A stretch of DNA of 64,000 bases, taken from NCBI GenBank assembly GCA_016784145.1, contig JADHVF010000001.1, forward strand, positions 159,339 through 223,338, written 5' to 3'. Source of the DNA: Patescibacteria group bacterium. GTDB taxonomy: Bacteria; Patescibacteriota; Patescibacteriia; UBA2591; UBA6264. A program made the position numbers and the translations under genes. This document shows, one piece after another, positions 35,910 through 46,706 of this stretch (position 1 is the first letter of the stretch; the number at the start of each line of letters is the position of its first letter). The notes below the pieces were generated by a model. The model searched no databases, had not been told where the DNA came from, and worked only from the letters and a program-made list of their open reading frames with translations.

Positions 35910-36723
35910 TTAACACCTCTATTCTTTTATTTTGACCATTTTTATTATCTATTTCAACAATAACTGTTCCTTTTAATATTCTTCTTTCAATAATCTTCCC
36001 CTTGCCTGCCTTTGTCTTTACTATTGTTCCTATTTTGGGAATATTCTTCATCAATTCTTTATAAGCATCCTGTTCGTATGAAAGGCAACATTTTAGTCTG
36101 CCACAAATTCCAGACATCCTAGCTGTTCCTCTTTGAGATAATTGTTGGTCTGCTATTGCGCACATGGGTACATTCCCTAATTTCGTCAAAAAACCCTTGC
36201 AACAAAGGGTTCTCCCACAACAACCAATATCCCCCTCTGTTTGTGCTTCTTGTCTAGCACCAACCTGATGCATTCTAATTGATTTGAAAAATTTTTTACT
36301 TAAATCTTGAACCAATTTTCTAAAATCAACCCTGGATTTTGACACAAAAGCAAAAACAATTCGGCTACCATCAAAAGAAAATAAAATATCAACAATTCTT
36401 ATTGATAATTTTCTTTTATCTGCCATGGATTGAGCTTGCTTAATTACTGACTGTTTATTCTTGTTTTTACTATTATCCTTGGCCATATCTGCCTCAGTAG
36501 CTTTTCTTAAAATAAAACCATTATATTCTGCTGGTTTTATGTTTTTGTCTTTTGACTCCTCAATTTTTATTACTGTCATTAAATCTGTATTTGATTTATG
36601 CTTGACAATAATTTTATCATTGATTTCTAACCAATCTGGATCAATATCATCATCCCCTCTTATCTTGTTAAACTTGCTTGTCTTAGAGTCCCAAGAAGCT
36701 AATTGTGCTGAAATAATTACCAT
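35896..36723 (-). CDS. PSP1 C-terminal domain protein (RicT/YaaT-like, Cys-rich Fe-S motif)
   Basis: CCGRTLCC...CGRLKCCLSYE pattern, recalled as similar to B. subtilis YaaT (CGRELCC...CGRLMCCLRYE). Confidence 0.6.
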   Translation of the reverse strand: MVIISAQLASWDSKTSKFNKIRGDDDIDPDWLEINDKIIVKHKSNTDLMTVIKIEESKDKNIKPAEYNGFILRKATEADMAKDNSKNKNKQSVIKQAQSMADKRKLSIRIVDILFSFDGSRIVFAFVSKSRVDFRKLVQDLSKKFFKSIRMHQVGARQEAQTEGDIGCCGRTLCCKGFLTKLGNVPMCAIADQQLSQRGTARMSGICGRLKCCLSYEQDAYKELMKNIPKIGTIVKTKAGKGKIIERRILKGTVIVEIDNKNGQNKRIEVLNEKI

Positions 36724-36727
36724 TTAT

Positions 36728-37306
36728 TTAGATTGCGAATCTTGTAAATTTTTTGACTTTAATATTCTCTCCAAGTTTTGATATTTTGTCTTGCATTAAA
36801 TCATTAATACTAATCTGACTATTTTTAATAAATGCCTGCCCCATTAAACAAGACTCTTTATAAAAGCTCTCTAATTTACTATCTATTATTTTAGCCTGAA
36901 TTGGCTTTGATTTACTTTTGTCAATCTCTTCTAGGTATATTTCTTTTTCTTTTTTAATTACTTGTTCTGGAACATCTTCTTTATTAATCCATTGAGGACT
37001 AAGAGCAGCTACTTGCATTGCCAAATCATGAGCCAAATCTTTGAATTCTTTGTTTTTAGCTACGAAATCTGTTTCACAGGCCAATTCAATTAACACTCCT
37101 ATTTTCCCATTTAAATGAATATAGGCCTCAATAATTCCATTATTAGTAGATTTTGCCTGTCTATTAGCAATAATTTTTTCTCCTTGCTTGCGAAGCAATT
37201 CAAAAGCTTTATCAAAGTCACCCTTGGATTTTATTAATGCTTTTTGACACTCCACTATACCAACTCCGCTTTTAATTCGTAATTTTTTTATATCTTTTAA
37301 ATCCAT
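36728..37306 (-). CDS. tsf: elongation factor Ts (short form)
   Basis: N-terminal UBA-like LRIKSGVGIVECQKAL and a conserved TDFVAKN segment. Confidence 0.9.
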   Translation of the reverse strand: MDLKDIKKLRIKSGVGIVECQKALIKSKGDFDKAFELLRKQGEKIIANRQAKSTNNGIIEAYIHLNGKIGVLIELACETDFVAKNKEFKDLAHDLAMQVAALSPQWINKEDVPEQVIKKEKEIYLEEIDKSKSKPIQAKIIDSKLESFYKESCLMGQAFIKNSQISINDLMQDKISKLGENIKVKKFTRFAI

Positions 37307-37310
37307 GTTT

Positions 37311-37997
37311 TTATTTTGTTTTATTTTGCTTGATTGTTTCTGTAATTAATCCTGTTATTAATTCAACTGATTTTATAGCGTCATCATTAGCTGGTATAGG
37401 AAAATCAACCAATTCTGGATTAGCATTTGTATCAACAATAGCTATTATTGGTATTTTTAACTTGGTTGCTTCTTTTAGGGCTATTTTTTCTCTAACAATA
37501 TCTACTATGTAAATAACATCTGGCCTTTGTTCTAATGAACTAATTCCTTCAATTTTTGCTTTCATTCTATCCAATCCTTTTAACATTTCGTATCTTTCTT
37601 TCTTCGTATATTTCTCCCACTTGCCTGCTTGTTTGTCTTGCTTCATTGTATTAAACTTTTTAATTAATTTATGAATAGTTGGGAAATTAGTAAAAGTTCC
37701 TCCTAGCCACCGCTGATCAATGTAAGGAATTTTCAATTCTTTAGCATGTTTAACAATAATATCTCTAGCCAAGGGCTTGGTGCCCACAAATAAAAAATTT
37801 TTACCCTGTTTAGCTGCTTTAGCCACAAAATCAAGTGCTTGCTTTAATTTTTCTTCAGTTTTTTCCAAATCAATAATATGAATTGTGTTTTTTGTCCCAG
37901 TAATATAATCAGACATTTTAGGATGATACTTGGCCGTATTGTGACCAATATGTACGGCTGATTTTAGTAAATCTGAAACAGAAGGAATTTTTATCAT
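37311..37997 (-). CDS. rpsB: 30S ribosomal protein S2
   Basis: LLKSAVHIGHNT N-terminus. Length 228 aa. Confidence 0.93.
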   Translation of the reverse strand: MIKIPSVSDLLKSAVHIGHNTAKYHPKMSDYITGTKNTIHIIDLEKTEEKLKQALDFVAKAAKQGKNFLFVGTKPLARDIIVKHAKELKIPYIDQRWLGGTFTNFPTIHKLIKKFNTMKQDKQAGKWEKYTKKERYEMLKGLDRMKAKIEGISSLEQRPDVIYIVDIVREKIALKEATKLKIPIIAIVDTNANPELVDFPIPANDDAIKSVELITGLITETIKQNKTK

Positions 37998-38112
37998 AAA
38001 GTATTATATTAAATATTAAAATGTTTTAAGTAAAAATTATTATACCACATGATTTTAAAAAAAGCAAATAAACACTTGCTATTTTTTTTTAATATGTTAA
38101 AATAATTTTATT

Positions 38113-38367
38113 ATGAAAAAAAATATTCAACCAAAATATTACAAAAAAGCCCAAGTAACTTGTGGTTGTGGAAACAAATTTTCTATTGGCTCTACCAGAC
38201 CAACTATTTCTGTTGAAATATGTTCTGCCTGCCATCCTGTTTTTACTGGCAAACAAAAATTTATTGATACTGCTGGCCGATTAGAAAGATTTGAAAAAAT
38301 AGCTCAAAAATCTAAAAAAATTATTGAGAAAAAAAAGACAAAAAAAGTCCGTGAAAAGACAAACTAA
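38113..38367 (+). CDS. rpmE: 50S ribosomal protein L31
   Basis: MKKNIQPKYY start and a C-x2-C...C-x2-H zinc ribbon. Confidence 0.9.
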   Translation: MKKNIQPKYYKKAQVTCGCGNKFSIGSTRPTISVEICSACHPVFTGKQKFIDTAGRLERFEKIAQKSKKIIEKKKTKKVREKTN

Positions 38368-38376
38368 ACCCAATCA

Positions 38377-39414
38377 ATGGACAAAATAATAAAAATTAAA
38401 GAATTAGTAAAAAAATTAGAGGATCAATTACAAGATCCTCAAATTTATAATAATCAAGAAAAGCTAAAAAGCATATCACAAGAATATAATCAATCAAAAA
38501 AAATTTTAACAAAACTATTAGAAATAAAAGATATAGATGAAAAAATAAAAAAAACAGAAGAAATTTTGTCATCTAGTGATTTTGAACAAGACATGATTGA
38601 GCTAGCCAAAATTGAAATAGATGAATTAGTAAAAGAAAAAAATAAAATAACCAAACAAATAAACAAAGGATCACAAGAAGAATCTGATATGGATAACAAA
38701 AATATTATAATGGAAATTCGGGCTGGCACAGGAGGAGGAGAAGCAGCTTTATTTGCTGCTAATTTATTTAGAATGTATTCTCGCTTTGCTGAAAAAATGG
38801 CTTGGAAAACTAAAATCATTTCATCAAACAAAACAAGTATAAAAGGATTTAAAGAAGTAATATTTGAAATCAACGGAACCAATGTTTTTTCATTATTAAA
38901 AAATGAAAGCGGGATACATCGAGTTCAAAGAGTGCCTGACACAGAAAAAAACAATCGATTACATACTTCAGCCGCCTCTGTAGCTGTCCTCCCTAAAGCT
39001 AACAAAATTGATGTAAAAATAGACCCCAAAGACTTAAAAACAGATTTATTTAAAGCATCAGGACATGGCGGACAAAATGTTCAAAAAAATGAGACAGCTG
39101 TTAGAATAACTCATATACCCACAAATATAATTGTGTCTTGCCAAGACGAAAGGTCTCAAAAACAAAACAAAGAAAAAGCAATGATAATGTTATGCTCAAA
39201 ACTATTAGCACTAAAAGAAGAACAAAGATTAGCAAAAATAAAAGAAAAAAGATCGTCTCAAGTTAAAAGCGGAGACAGGTCTGAAAAAATTAGAACATAT
39301 AATTTTCCACAAGACAGAGTTACTGACCATAGAATAAAAAAATCATGGCATGGCATTGAAAATATTTTAGATGGAGAAATCTCTCCCATAATAAAGGCCA
39401 TGACCAACGACTAA
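38377..39414 (+). CDS. prfA: peptide chain release factor 1
   Basis: GGQ motif (SGHGGQNVQK). Codon-recognition loop of P-x-T type (VPDTE), pointing to RF1 rather than RF2. Confidence 0.88.
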   Translation: MDKIIKIKELVKKLEDQLQDPQIYNNQEKLKSISQEYNQSKKILTKLLEIKDIDEKIKKTEEILSSSDFEQDMIELAKIEIDELVKEKNKITKQINKGSQEESDMDNKNIIMEIRAGTGGGEAALFAANLFRMYSRFAEKMAWKTKIISSNKTSIKGFKEVIFEINGTNVFSLLKNESGIHRVQRVPDTEKNNRLHTSAASVAVLPKANKIDVKIDPKDLKTDLFKASGHGGQNVQKNETAVRITHIPTNIIVSCQDERSQKQNKEKAMIMLCSKLLALKEEQRLAKIKEKRSSQVKSGDRSEKIRTYNFPQDRVTDHRIKKSWHGIENILDGEISPIIKAMTND

Positions 39415-39417
39415 TAA

Positions 39418-40455
39418 CTAATACATTAACTCGTGATTATTTGACACAATCTCTATCCAAATAAGACCAGGAGCAAACTCTATTTCTTCCTGGCTTTTTT
39501 TATTATAAAATCTTGTTCTGTCTAAATCTTTTTCTTTCTTCCAAGTAGCTTGTATAATATTATTATGCTGAAAAACAACTGCATCACCAGAACCAACTGT
39601 CTTAATGCGCTTTCTGCCAATTTCATCAAACACAACCATGTCTGTTTTTTGAACAACTATATTCTTGACAACTATCTGCTCATCGCTATCACTTAAAAAA
39701 ATATCATTATTCTGATATCTTAAATATCCTCCAATGTCATTATTAAATTCCCAAACAACTGGTTCTTTATAATCAATCCTCAATGCATAAGTCGCATCAT
39801 TAGAATCATAAAAAAAATCTTCATTAACAGAATCTGGTTGTAAATTATCATTAAACTTCCATGACATAAATTCTTGTTTGATTTCTTTGTCAATATTTTC
39901 ATTAACAACAAAATTCTCAATAGAATTTGCTGAAATGTATAAATTATGTGGCTCTTGTCTTTGCCAGTCACGCCAAAAATAATTTCCATTACTGCTAATC
40001 TCATTTAAATCATAAATTGAATAAATATCTTGCTTAATATTGGCTAAAGCTATTGGACTTCCTCCTGCATGAATAAACAATGCTTCGTATTCGTCAGCCC
40101 AATCAATAAAATAAGGCCTAGCAGACCGAACTGGACCAATTTTGTCAGGCAAAGAATTAAACTGAAAAAGCATTAATAATCGCGTAATACCCCCTTCAAC
40201 TGGCGCCTCGTAAACAATCTTAGCATCACTGATTCCACTTAATGGCCTAGAATCCTTAAAGTTGTCAACCATGATTGCTACAGATAATCCTTGATTTTCT
40301 TGTAAAACAAAATCATCCAACTCTTTACTGGATGATTCTTTAGTTATAATGTCAATTGATTCTGGAGCAATAACAACTGCTTGGTCATTTGATTGGCAAG
40401 CTGATAATAAAATAAGTAAAACAAACAAAATTAAACCCTTAAATATTTTATTCAT
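39418..40455 (-). CDS. DUF3048-family lipoprotein (YerB-like)
   Basis: Lipobox LLSAC after internal ATG. IVYEAPVEGGITRLLMLF matches the DUF3048 N-terminal domain. Start trimmed from the track ORF to avoid overlap with rplY. Confidence 0.55.
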   Translation of the reverse strand: MNKIFKGLILFVLLILLSACQSNDQAVVIAPESIDIITKESSSKELDDFVLQENQGLSVAIMVDNFKDSRPLSGISDAKIVYEAPVEGGITRLLMLFQFNSLPDKIGPVRSARPYFIDWADEYEALFIHAGGSPIALANIKQDIYSIYDLNEISSNGNYFWRDWQRQEPHNLYISANSIENFVVNENIDKEIKQEFMSWKFNDNLQPDSVNEDFFYDSNDATYALRIDYKEPVVWEFNNDIGGYLRYQNNDIFLSDSDEQIVVKNIVVQKTDMVVFDEIGRKRIKTVGSGDAVVFQHNNIIQATWKKEKDLDRTRFYNKKSQEEIEFAPGLIWIEIVSNNHELMY

Positions 40456-40462
40456 ATTTATT

Positions 40463-41131
40463 TTATTCTTTTTGTTTTGATTCTTCTGCTTTGTCATCTG
40501 CTGTTTCTTTTTTGTCAGCCCCTTCGACTGGTTCATCTTCTTTGGGTTCATCTTCCTTGGGTTTATCTTTTTTAGGTCTTTCAATTTGAACAACCATGCT
40601 TTCTTCGTCTTGTAATGTTTTTAATTTCTCTGGAATACTTAAGTCCTTTATCCTGATTACATCTTCAAATGTAGATAGTCCTGTCATGTCTACTTCTATT
40701 TCGTGAATCAAATCTTCTGGCAAACATTCTACTTCAATTTTATCAAGCACAACTGCCAAAATTCCTCCTAAATTTTTGATTGCCGGGGCTTCTCCTATAA
40801 ATTTTAATTCTATTTCTGTTTTTAATTTCTCCCCTGCTTTGGTTTTATAAAAATCTACATGACTTATTTTACTCGTCACAGGATTATACTGAATGTCATA
40901 AACCAAGGCCTTCATTTTTTTGATTTGTTTGCCCCCTGAATCAACTTCTAAGTCTAACAAGCTACTTTGCCCTGCTTGTTTATAGATTTTAATAAAATCA
41001 AGATAAGGCATCTGAACATTAATTGAATCAATTCCATGACCATATATTATAGCTGGAATAATCTCATTGTTCCTTAATTCTTTTACTTTTTTTCCGATGA
41101 TTTTTCTTGTTTTTAATTTTAAATTTAACAT
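40463..41131 (-). CDS. rplY: 50S ribosomal protein L25 / general stress protein Ctc form
   Basis: L25 N-domain (RKIIGKKVKELRNNEIIPAIIYGH) and an acidic C-terminal tail. Confidence 0.85.
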   Translation of the reverse strand: MLNLKLKTRKIIGKKVKELRNNEIIPAIIYGHGIDSINVQMPYLDFIKIYKQAGQSSLLDLEVDSGGKQIKKMKALVYDIQYNPVTSKISHVDFYKTKAGEKLKTEIELKFIGEAPAIKNLGGILAVVLDKIEVECLPEDLIHEIEVDMTGLSTFEDVIRIKDLSIPEKLKTLQDEESMVVQIERPKKDKPKEDEPKEDEPVEGADKKETADDKAEESKQKE

Positions 41132-41132
41132 A

Positions 41133-42242
41133 TCATAATATTATAGTATTTTTATTTTTTGTAAAGGGTTGATGAATCACTATGCTCTCAATAATACCTA
41201 TTAATAACATGCTTACCAATAAAGAACTACCTCCATAACTAACTAAAGGCAATGGCAACCCCACTACTGGAGCAAGACCTATGTTCATGCCAATCACTAA
41301 AATTATTTGTATAAAAAAATATAAAACAGTTCCCAAACATATTATCATGCTAAAATTATCATATACTTGTGTGCTAATTTTTATTATTTTATACAAAAGA
41401 ATAATATAAAATAATATTAAAATCAATGAACCAAGTAAACCAAATTCTTCTGCAATTACTGAAAAAATAAAATCTGTCTGACCAGCTGGCAGAAAATTTA
41501 ATTGCGATTGAGGGCCAAGTCCAAACCCTCTTCCCAAAATCTTACCAGAGCCAACTGCTATTATTGACTGTGATACTTGGTAACTACTGCCAAGCGGATC
41601 ACTGTCTGGGTTAACAAAAGTTAAAATGCGTTGTTTTTGATAGTCCTGTAAAAAAAAGAGCCAAATAGAAGCAGCCAAAAGAATCATAATTAAAAATAGT
41701 CCAAATATTCTCTTTTTATCTTCTTCTCTTAAAAGAAATATGCCCAACCAAATAAATACTATTACCATGGCTGAGCCAAAATCTGGCTGTTTAATAATTA
41801 AATATATTAATGGCAATACTATTACAAAACTAAAAACCATATCCATGGTATTAACTGCTTTTTTCGATTTCTGCCAAAATTTTGCCAACATTAAAATGGC
41901 TGCTATTTTTGCTAACTCAGCTGGCTGAAAATAAGCAAATCCTAAATTTATCCAACTAAAATTTTGCCCAGCAAAAAAAACAAAAATCAACAACAAAATG
42001 GCTAAAATGTAAATAAAAAAAGAAACTAATTTAATAAGCCTGTAATCAGTAAATGAAATTATTAAAAACAAGGCCAGGCCAATAAGAAAAAAAATGAATT
42101 GTCTATTAAAATAACTTAATTGAATAGAATTATCATTTTCTAACGATAAACTATATAATATGGTTAAACTAATAATAATAATAATCATCATTGAAGCAAA
42201 CAAAACGATATCAAATCGTTTTATTTTTGATAAATTTATCAT
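41133..42242 (-). CDS. SEDS-family peptidoglycan glycosyltransferase (FtsW/RodA)
   Basis: PLPLVSYGGSSLL C-terminal motif. About ten TM helices. Confidence 0.85.
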   Translation of the reverse strand: MINLSKIKRFDIVLFASMMIIIIISLTILYSLSLENDNSIQLSYFNRQFIFFLIGLALFLIISFTDYRLIKLVSFFIYILAILLLIFVFFAGQNFSWINLGFAYFQPAELAKIAAILMLAKFWQKSKKAVNTMDMVFSFVIVLPLIYLIIKQPDFGSAMVIVFIWLGIFLLREEDKKRIFGLFLIMILLAASIWLFFLQDYQKQRILTFVNPDSDPLGSSYQVSQSIIAVGSGKILGRGFGLGPQSQLNFLPAGQTDFIFSVIAEEFGLLGSLILILFYIILLYKIIKISTQVYDNFSMIICLGTVLYFFIQIILVIGMNIGLAPVVGLPLPLVSYGGSSLLVSMLLIGIIESIVIHQPFTKNKNTIIL

Positions 42243-42250
42243 AAAAAAAT

Positions 42251-43090
42251 TTATATTACTGGGACAAAAATTGTCTCATCAAAAAGATTAATGCTTGGAC
42301 GAACATCTATACTAGTAGAAGTTGGAATATTTTTCCAGACAAAGTCCATTGATTTAGATTGTTGTGTCATTATTTTTTTAACTGGCAAGGCATTAAGCCC
42401 TACTATTTTTTTTCCACTATACAAAGCAATTATAAAATCAATTTCGTAAAAATCATAAATAGAATTATTTTTAACATTAAAAAAAACACTAGGCAATGCT
42501 TTTGTACTACCCTCTGGAATAGAATAAATTAAATCAACATCTTTAATTTCTATTTTATCTAATATTTCTAATAATTTAAGTTCAGTTGGTCTCACCCTCT
42601 TCCAATTAATATTTGAAATATTAATTTCAAAATCTTGCCCGTTTAAATCCCCCGGCTGATTAAAACTAAAAATATATTTTTCTTGATTTGGCAAAATAAA
42701 ATCTTTTTTAATATCTGTTTGCTTCCCATTAAAAGAAAAATAATATTCATAGGAAGCCACTCTCCATTTTTTATTAGGATTGTTTATCAGTGCAATAAAA
42801 TCATAAAAAATTCTGTCATTAGTAATAATTGTTTTTTTATTTATAACCAAATCATTGGGGGCAATATATTCATTTACTTTACTAAAATCAATCAAATCCG
42901 TGGTTAATGCTTTTAGGTTTTGCTTATTAAGCTCTTCTGTCTTGAAAAAATATACTACTTGATAAATTGCAATTCCCCAGATAATTAAATTTATAAAAAC
43001 CAAAACAATAATAATAATTTTATAAAACTTATTTTTTTGTTTTAAGTACCACCTAGCAAATTCAAGTTGTTTGTCTGTTAAATTTCTCAT
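42251..43090 (-). CDS. hypothetical membrane-anchored protein
   Basis: N-terminal TM helix, remainder unrecognised. Confidence 0.35.
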   Translation of the reverse strand: MRNLTDKQLEFARWYLKQKNKFYKIIIIVLVFINLIIWGIAIYQVVYFFKTEELNKQNLKALTTDLIDFSKVNEYIAPNDLVINKKTIITNDRIFYDFIALINNPNKKWRVASYEYYFSFNGKQTDIKKDFILPNQEKYIFSFNQPGDLNGQDFEINISNINWKRVRPTELKLLEILDKIEIKDVDLIYSIPEGSTKALPSVFFNVKNNSIYDFYEIDFIIALYSGKKIVGLNALPVKKIMTQQSKSMDFVWKNIPTSTSIDVRPSINLFDETIFVPVI

Positions 43091-43217
43091 CTTTATATTA
43101 ATTTTATACTTTTATTATTTTAATGTATTTAATAATTTTATGCAACAACATAATAGGGTTGGCTAAATCTATTTTTTTGTGTAAAATAAAAAATAAATAA
43201 ATATAAAATATTATTTT

Positions 43218-43484
43218 ATGACTATTCAAAATTTTTTTTATGCATCAGGAAGTATAATGTTCATTAGTATTGGTATTTTAGTAATTATTCTTCTATTTGC
43301 TCTTATTTTAATTGTTTTTAGAATGGCTAAATTTTCAAAAAATTTGACTCAAATGTCAGCCATAATTAAAGAAACAAGCATAAAAGCAAAGAACAAGCTT
43401 ATCTCTCCTATAATTAGTGGGGTTTTAAGAACAATTCTAGATTTATTTAAACCAAACAAGCAAAAGAATAATAAAAAAAAATAA
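43218..43484 (+). CDS. small membrane protein
   Basis: Hydrophobic ORF upstream of dnaE. Confidence 0.3.
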   Translation: MTIQNFFYASGSIMFISIGILVIILLFALILIVFRMAKFSKNLTQMSAIIKETSIKAKNKLISPIISGVLRTILDLFKPNKQKNNKKK

Positions 43485-43499
43485 CCAAGAATTTAAATT

Positions 43500-46400
43500 A
43501 TGTTCACTCATCTTCATGTTCATAGCCATTACTCTCTTTTAGACGGACTATCTAAAATAGATGAATTAATTGCTCAAGCAAAAAAATTTAAAATGAAATC
43601 CATTGCCCTAACTGATCATGGAGTAATGTATGGGTCTATTGAATTTTATCAAAAAGCAAAACAAGCTGGCATTAAGCCAATCATTGGATTAGAAGCATAT
43701 TTAGCGCCTGATGGATTGCATTCAAAAACTAGAAAAAATAGATATCATATTACTTTGCTAGCAAAAAATAATCAAGGATATAAAAATCTTTTAAAACTAA
43801 CTTCAATCGCTCACTTAGAAGGATTTTACTACAAACCAAGAATTGACCATCAGGTTCTAAAAAAACATTCACAAGGAATAATTGCTCTAAGCGGATGTTT
43901 ACAAGGAGAAGTTCCTCAAATGATAATCAACCAACAACTAGCCAAGGCAAATAAAGCCATCAAAAAATATATATCTATTTTTGGTAAGAAAAATTTTTAT
44001 CTAGAAATTCAGCATCACCCAACCCTATCAAAGCAAGAAATAGTCAATAAAACTCTTAAAAAATTAGCAAGCAAACATAAACTTGAACTAGTTGCTTCAG
44101 CCGATGTTCATTACATAAAAAAAGAAGACGATAAAATACAAGACATCTTGCTTTGTATTCAAACCAAGAAAAAAATAAACGACAAAAACCGTCTATCCAT
44201 GCTAGGGGAAAACTACTGCCTACATTCTCCAGAAGAAATGGCCAAAAAAATGAAAAAATATCCTGAGGCATTAAAAAATACTATGAAAATTGCCAAACAG
44301 TGCAATGTTGAAATTGATCTTGGAAAACCGCGTCTCCCCTACTTCTCTTTACCAAAAGGAAAAACAGAAGATGAATTTTTAAAAGAATTATGTGAAAAAA
44401 ATATTCCCAAAAAATATCCTAAAACAACTGCTTTATTTCTAAAACAAATAAAAAAAAGATTGTCCCATGAGTTAGAAATAATCAGTAAAACAGGATTTTC
44501 TTCTTATTTTCTGATTGTACAAGATTTTGTTAATTGGGCAAAAATAAATAAAATTGTTATAGGCCCTGGTAGAGGATCTGCGGCTGGCTCTATTATTTCT
44601 TTTTTATTAGGCATTACAAGTATTGACCCCTTAGAATATGGCTTACTTTTTGAAAGGTTTATGACTGAAGACCGAATCTCTCCACCTGATATTGACCTTG
44701 ATTTTGCTGACACTAGAAGAGATGAAGTTATTCAATATGTAGAAGAAAAATATGGTCGAGACCATGTTGCTCAAATTATTACTTTTGGAACAATGGCCTC
44801 AAGAGCTGCCATAAGAGATGTGGGCAGGGTGCTTGATTTCCCGTATTCTTTTTGTGATAAACTGGCCAAAATGATACCAATGGGCGAAACCTTAACTAAT
44901 TCTTTAAAAATATCTGATGAACTTAGAAATTTTTATCAATCAACCCCAGATGCAAAAGAAATCATTGACTCTGCTAAAAGATTAGAAGGCACTATAAGAC
45001 ATGCTTCAAAACATGCTTGCGGACTAGTTATTTCTCCACAAGCTTTAACCGAATATACTCCAATCCAATATGATGTTTCAGTTAAAAAAGAAAAAACAAT
45101 AATAACTCAATATGAAATGCATGCTGTAGAAGATATTGGATTACTTAAAATGGATTTTTTAGGATTAAAAAATCTAACTATCATAGAAAATACAATCAAA
45201 ATTTTAAAAAAGACACAAAATATAAACATTGACATTAATAAAATCTCTCTCACTAATAAAAAAGCATTTTCAATCTTGAAAAAAGCTAATACAAAAGGAG
45301 TGTTTCAACTAGAAAGCGATGGCATGAGGCGTTACTTAAAACAATTAAAACCAAATTGTTTGGATGACATTATTTCAATCGTGGCCCTATATCGCCCCGG
45401 TCCAATGGAATTAATTCCTGAATATATTGCCAGAAAAAATGGTAGGAAAAAAATTGAATACATCCACCCAAAATTAAAGCCAATCCTGACTAATACATAT
45501 GGCATTGCTGTTTATCAAGAGCAAGTATTACAAATTGTCAGAGAGCTTGCCAGCTTCACTCTTTCAGAAGCAGATGTTTTAAGAAAAGCCGTTGGCAAAA
45601 AAATCCCAAAACTTTTAAAAGACCAGAAAATAAAATTCATTCAAGGGTGTATAAAAAATAAAATTGACAAAAACATAGCTGAAAAAATATTTTCTTTTAT
45701 AGAGCCATTTGCTCAATATGCATTTAATAAGAGTCATTCTGCTTGTTATGCTATGATTGCTTATCAAACTGCCTTCTTAAAAGCAAATTATCCGGTTGAA
45801 TTCATGGCTTCTTTGTTAATATCAAACCAAAAAAACATCGAAGAAATGGCTAGTATTATAGAATCAGCCAAGAAGATAGATATAAATGTCTTGCCTCCAG
45901 AAATCAATGAAAGCTACAAAAATTTTACGGTTCTAAATAATAAAATACGATTTGGGTTACTAGCAATTAAAAATGTTGGTCAAGGAATTGTTCAAGAAAT
46001 AATAGATGAAAGAGAAGAAAATGGCCTTTTTCAAAATTTAGAAAACTTCTTAGACAGAGTAAATACAAGAAATCTAAATAAGAAATCCTTGGAAAGTCTA
46101 ATTAAGAGTGGGGCCATGGATTGTTTTGGTGAAAGAAATCAACTTTTTCAAAATACAAAAACATTATTAGAATTTGCTAGAAAAAAACAGGCTGAAAAAA
46201 TAAACGGACAAAAAAATTTATTTAAAATTATTAATTTTGGCTCTAAAATGAGTTTAAAATTAAAAAAATACCCTGTTATTGAGCATCAACAAAAACTTTT
46301 ATGGGAAAAAGAATTATTGGGATTATTTCTCTCGTCTCATCCATTAAAAGAATATCAAAAAGTTATTAAAAAATATTCAAAAACAATTGAAGAAACAAAA

Positions 46401-46703
46401 AAAACTCAAAATAATTTTAACTCAAATACTCATAAAGTAGTTGGCATAATAACAAAAATTAAAAAAATAGTTACACACTCTAAAGAAAATATGCTTTTTG
46501 CTAAAATAGAAGATACTACTGGAGAGATTGAAGCAATTATATTCCCAAATCTTTTAAAAGCAAATAAGGACACTTTAAAAGAAAATATGATAGTGGCTAT
46601 TTCTGGCCACCTCTCAACCAAAGATGGTAGCATTAAAATAATTGCTGACAAAATTAAACAAGTAAATAAAGACATTTTAGACGATTTATTATTAAAATCA
46701 TAA
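43500..46703 (+). CDS. dnaE: DNA polymerase III subunit alpha
   Basis: PHP domain start (HLHVHSHYSLLDG) and polymerase core. Length 1067 aa. Confidence 0.93.
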   Translation: MFTHLHVHSHYSLLDGLSKIDELIAQAKKFKMKSIALTDHGVMYGSIEFYQKAKQAGIKPIIGLEAYLAPDGLHSKTRKNRYHITLLAKNNQGYKNLLKLTSIAHLEGFYYKPRIDHQVLKKHSQGIIALSGCLQGEVPQMIINQQLAKANKAIKKYISIFGKKNFYLEIQHHPTLSKQEIVNKTLKKLASKHKLELVASADVHYIKKEDDKIQDILLCIQTKKKINDKNRLSMLGENYCLHSPEEMAKKMKKYPEALKNTMKIAKQCNVEIDLGKPRLPYFSLPKGKTEDEFLKELCEKNIPKKYPKTTALFLKQIKKRLSHELEIISKTGFSSYFLIVQDFVNWAKINKIVIGPGRGSAAGSIISFLLGITSIDPLEYGLLFERFMTEDRISPPDIDLDFADTRRDEVIQYVEEKYGRDHVAQIITFGTMASRAAIRDVGRVLDFPYSFCDKLAKMIPMGETLTNSLKISDELRNFYQSTPDAKEIIDSAKRLEGTIRHASKHACGLVISPQALTEYTPIQYDVSVKKEKTIITQYEMHAVEDIGLLKMDFLGLKNLTIIENTIKILKKTQNINIDINKISLTNKKAFSILKKANTKGVFQLESDGMRRYLKQLKPNCLDDIISIVALYRPGPMELIPEYIARKNGRKKIEYIHPKLKPILTNTYGIAVYQEQVLQIVRELASFTLSEADVLRKAVGKKIPKLLKDQKIKFIQGCIKNKIDKNIAEKIFSFIEPFAQYAFNKSHSACYAMIAYQTAFLKANYPVEFMASLLISNQKNIEEMASIIESAKKIDINVLPPEINESYKNFTVLNNKIRFGLLAIKNVGQGIVQEIIDEREENGLFQNLENFLDRVNTRNLNKKSLESLIKSGAMDCFGERNQLFQNTKTLLEFARKKQAEKINGQKNLFKIINFGSKMSLKLKKYPVIEHQQKLLWEKELLGLFLSSHPLKEYQKVIKKYSKTIEETKKTQNNFNSNTHKVVGIITKIKKIVTHSKENMLFAKIEDTTGEIEAIIFPNLLKANKDTLKENMIVAISGHLSTKDGSIKIIADKIKQVNKDILDDLLLKS

Positions 46704-46706
46704 AAC

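Noticed and set aside
38377-39414. Alternative genetic code with UGA recoded (code 25, as in Gracilibacteria/Absconditabacteria), suggested by only RF1 being present
   Set aside because: thrS terminates with TGA (49633..49635) overlapping the next gene's ATG, and rpoD also ends with TGA (8308..8310). No in-frame TGA was needed to keep conserved proteins intact. The standard code applies.
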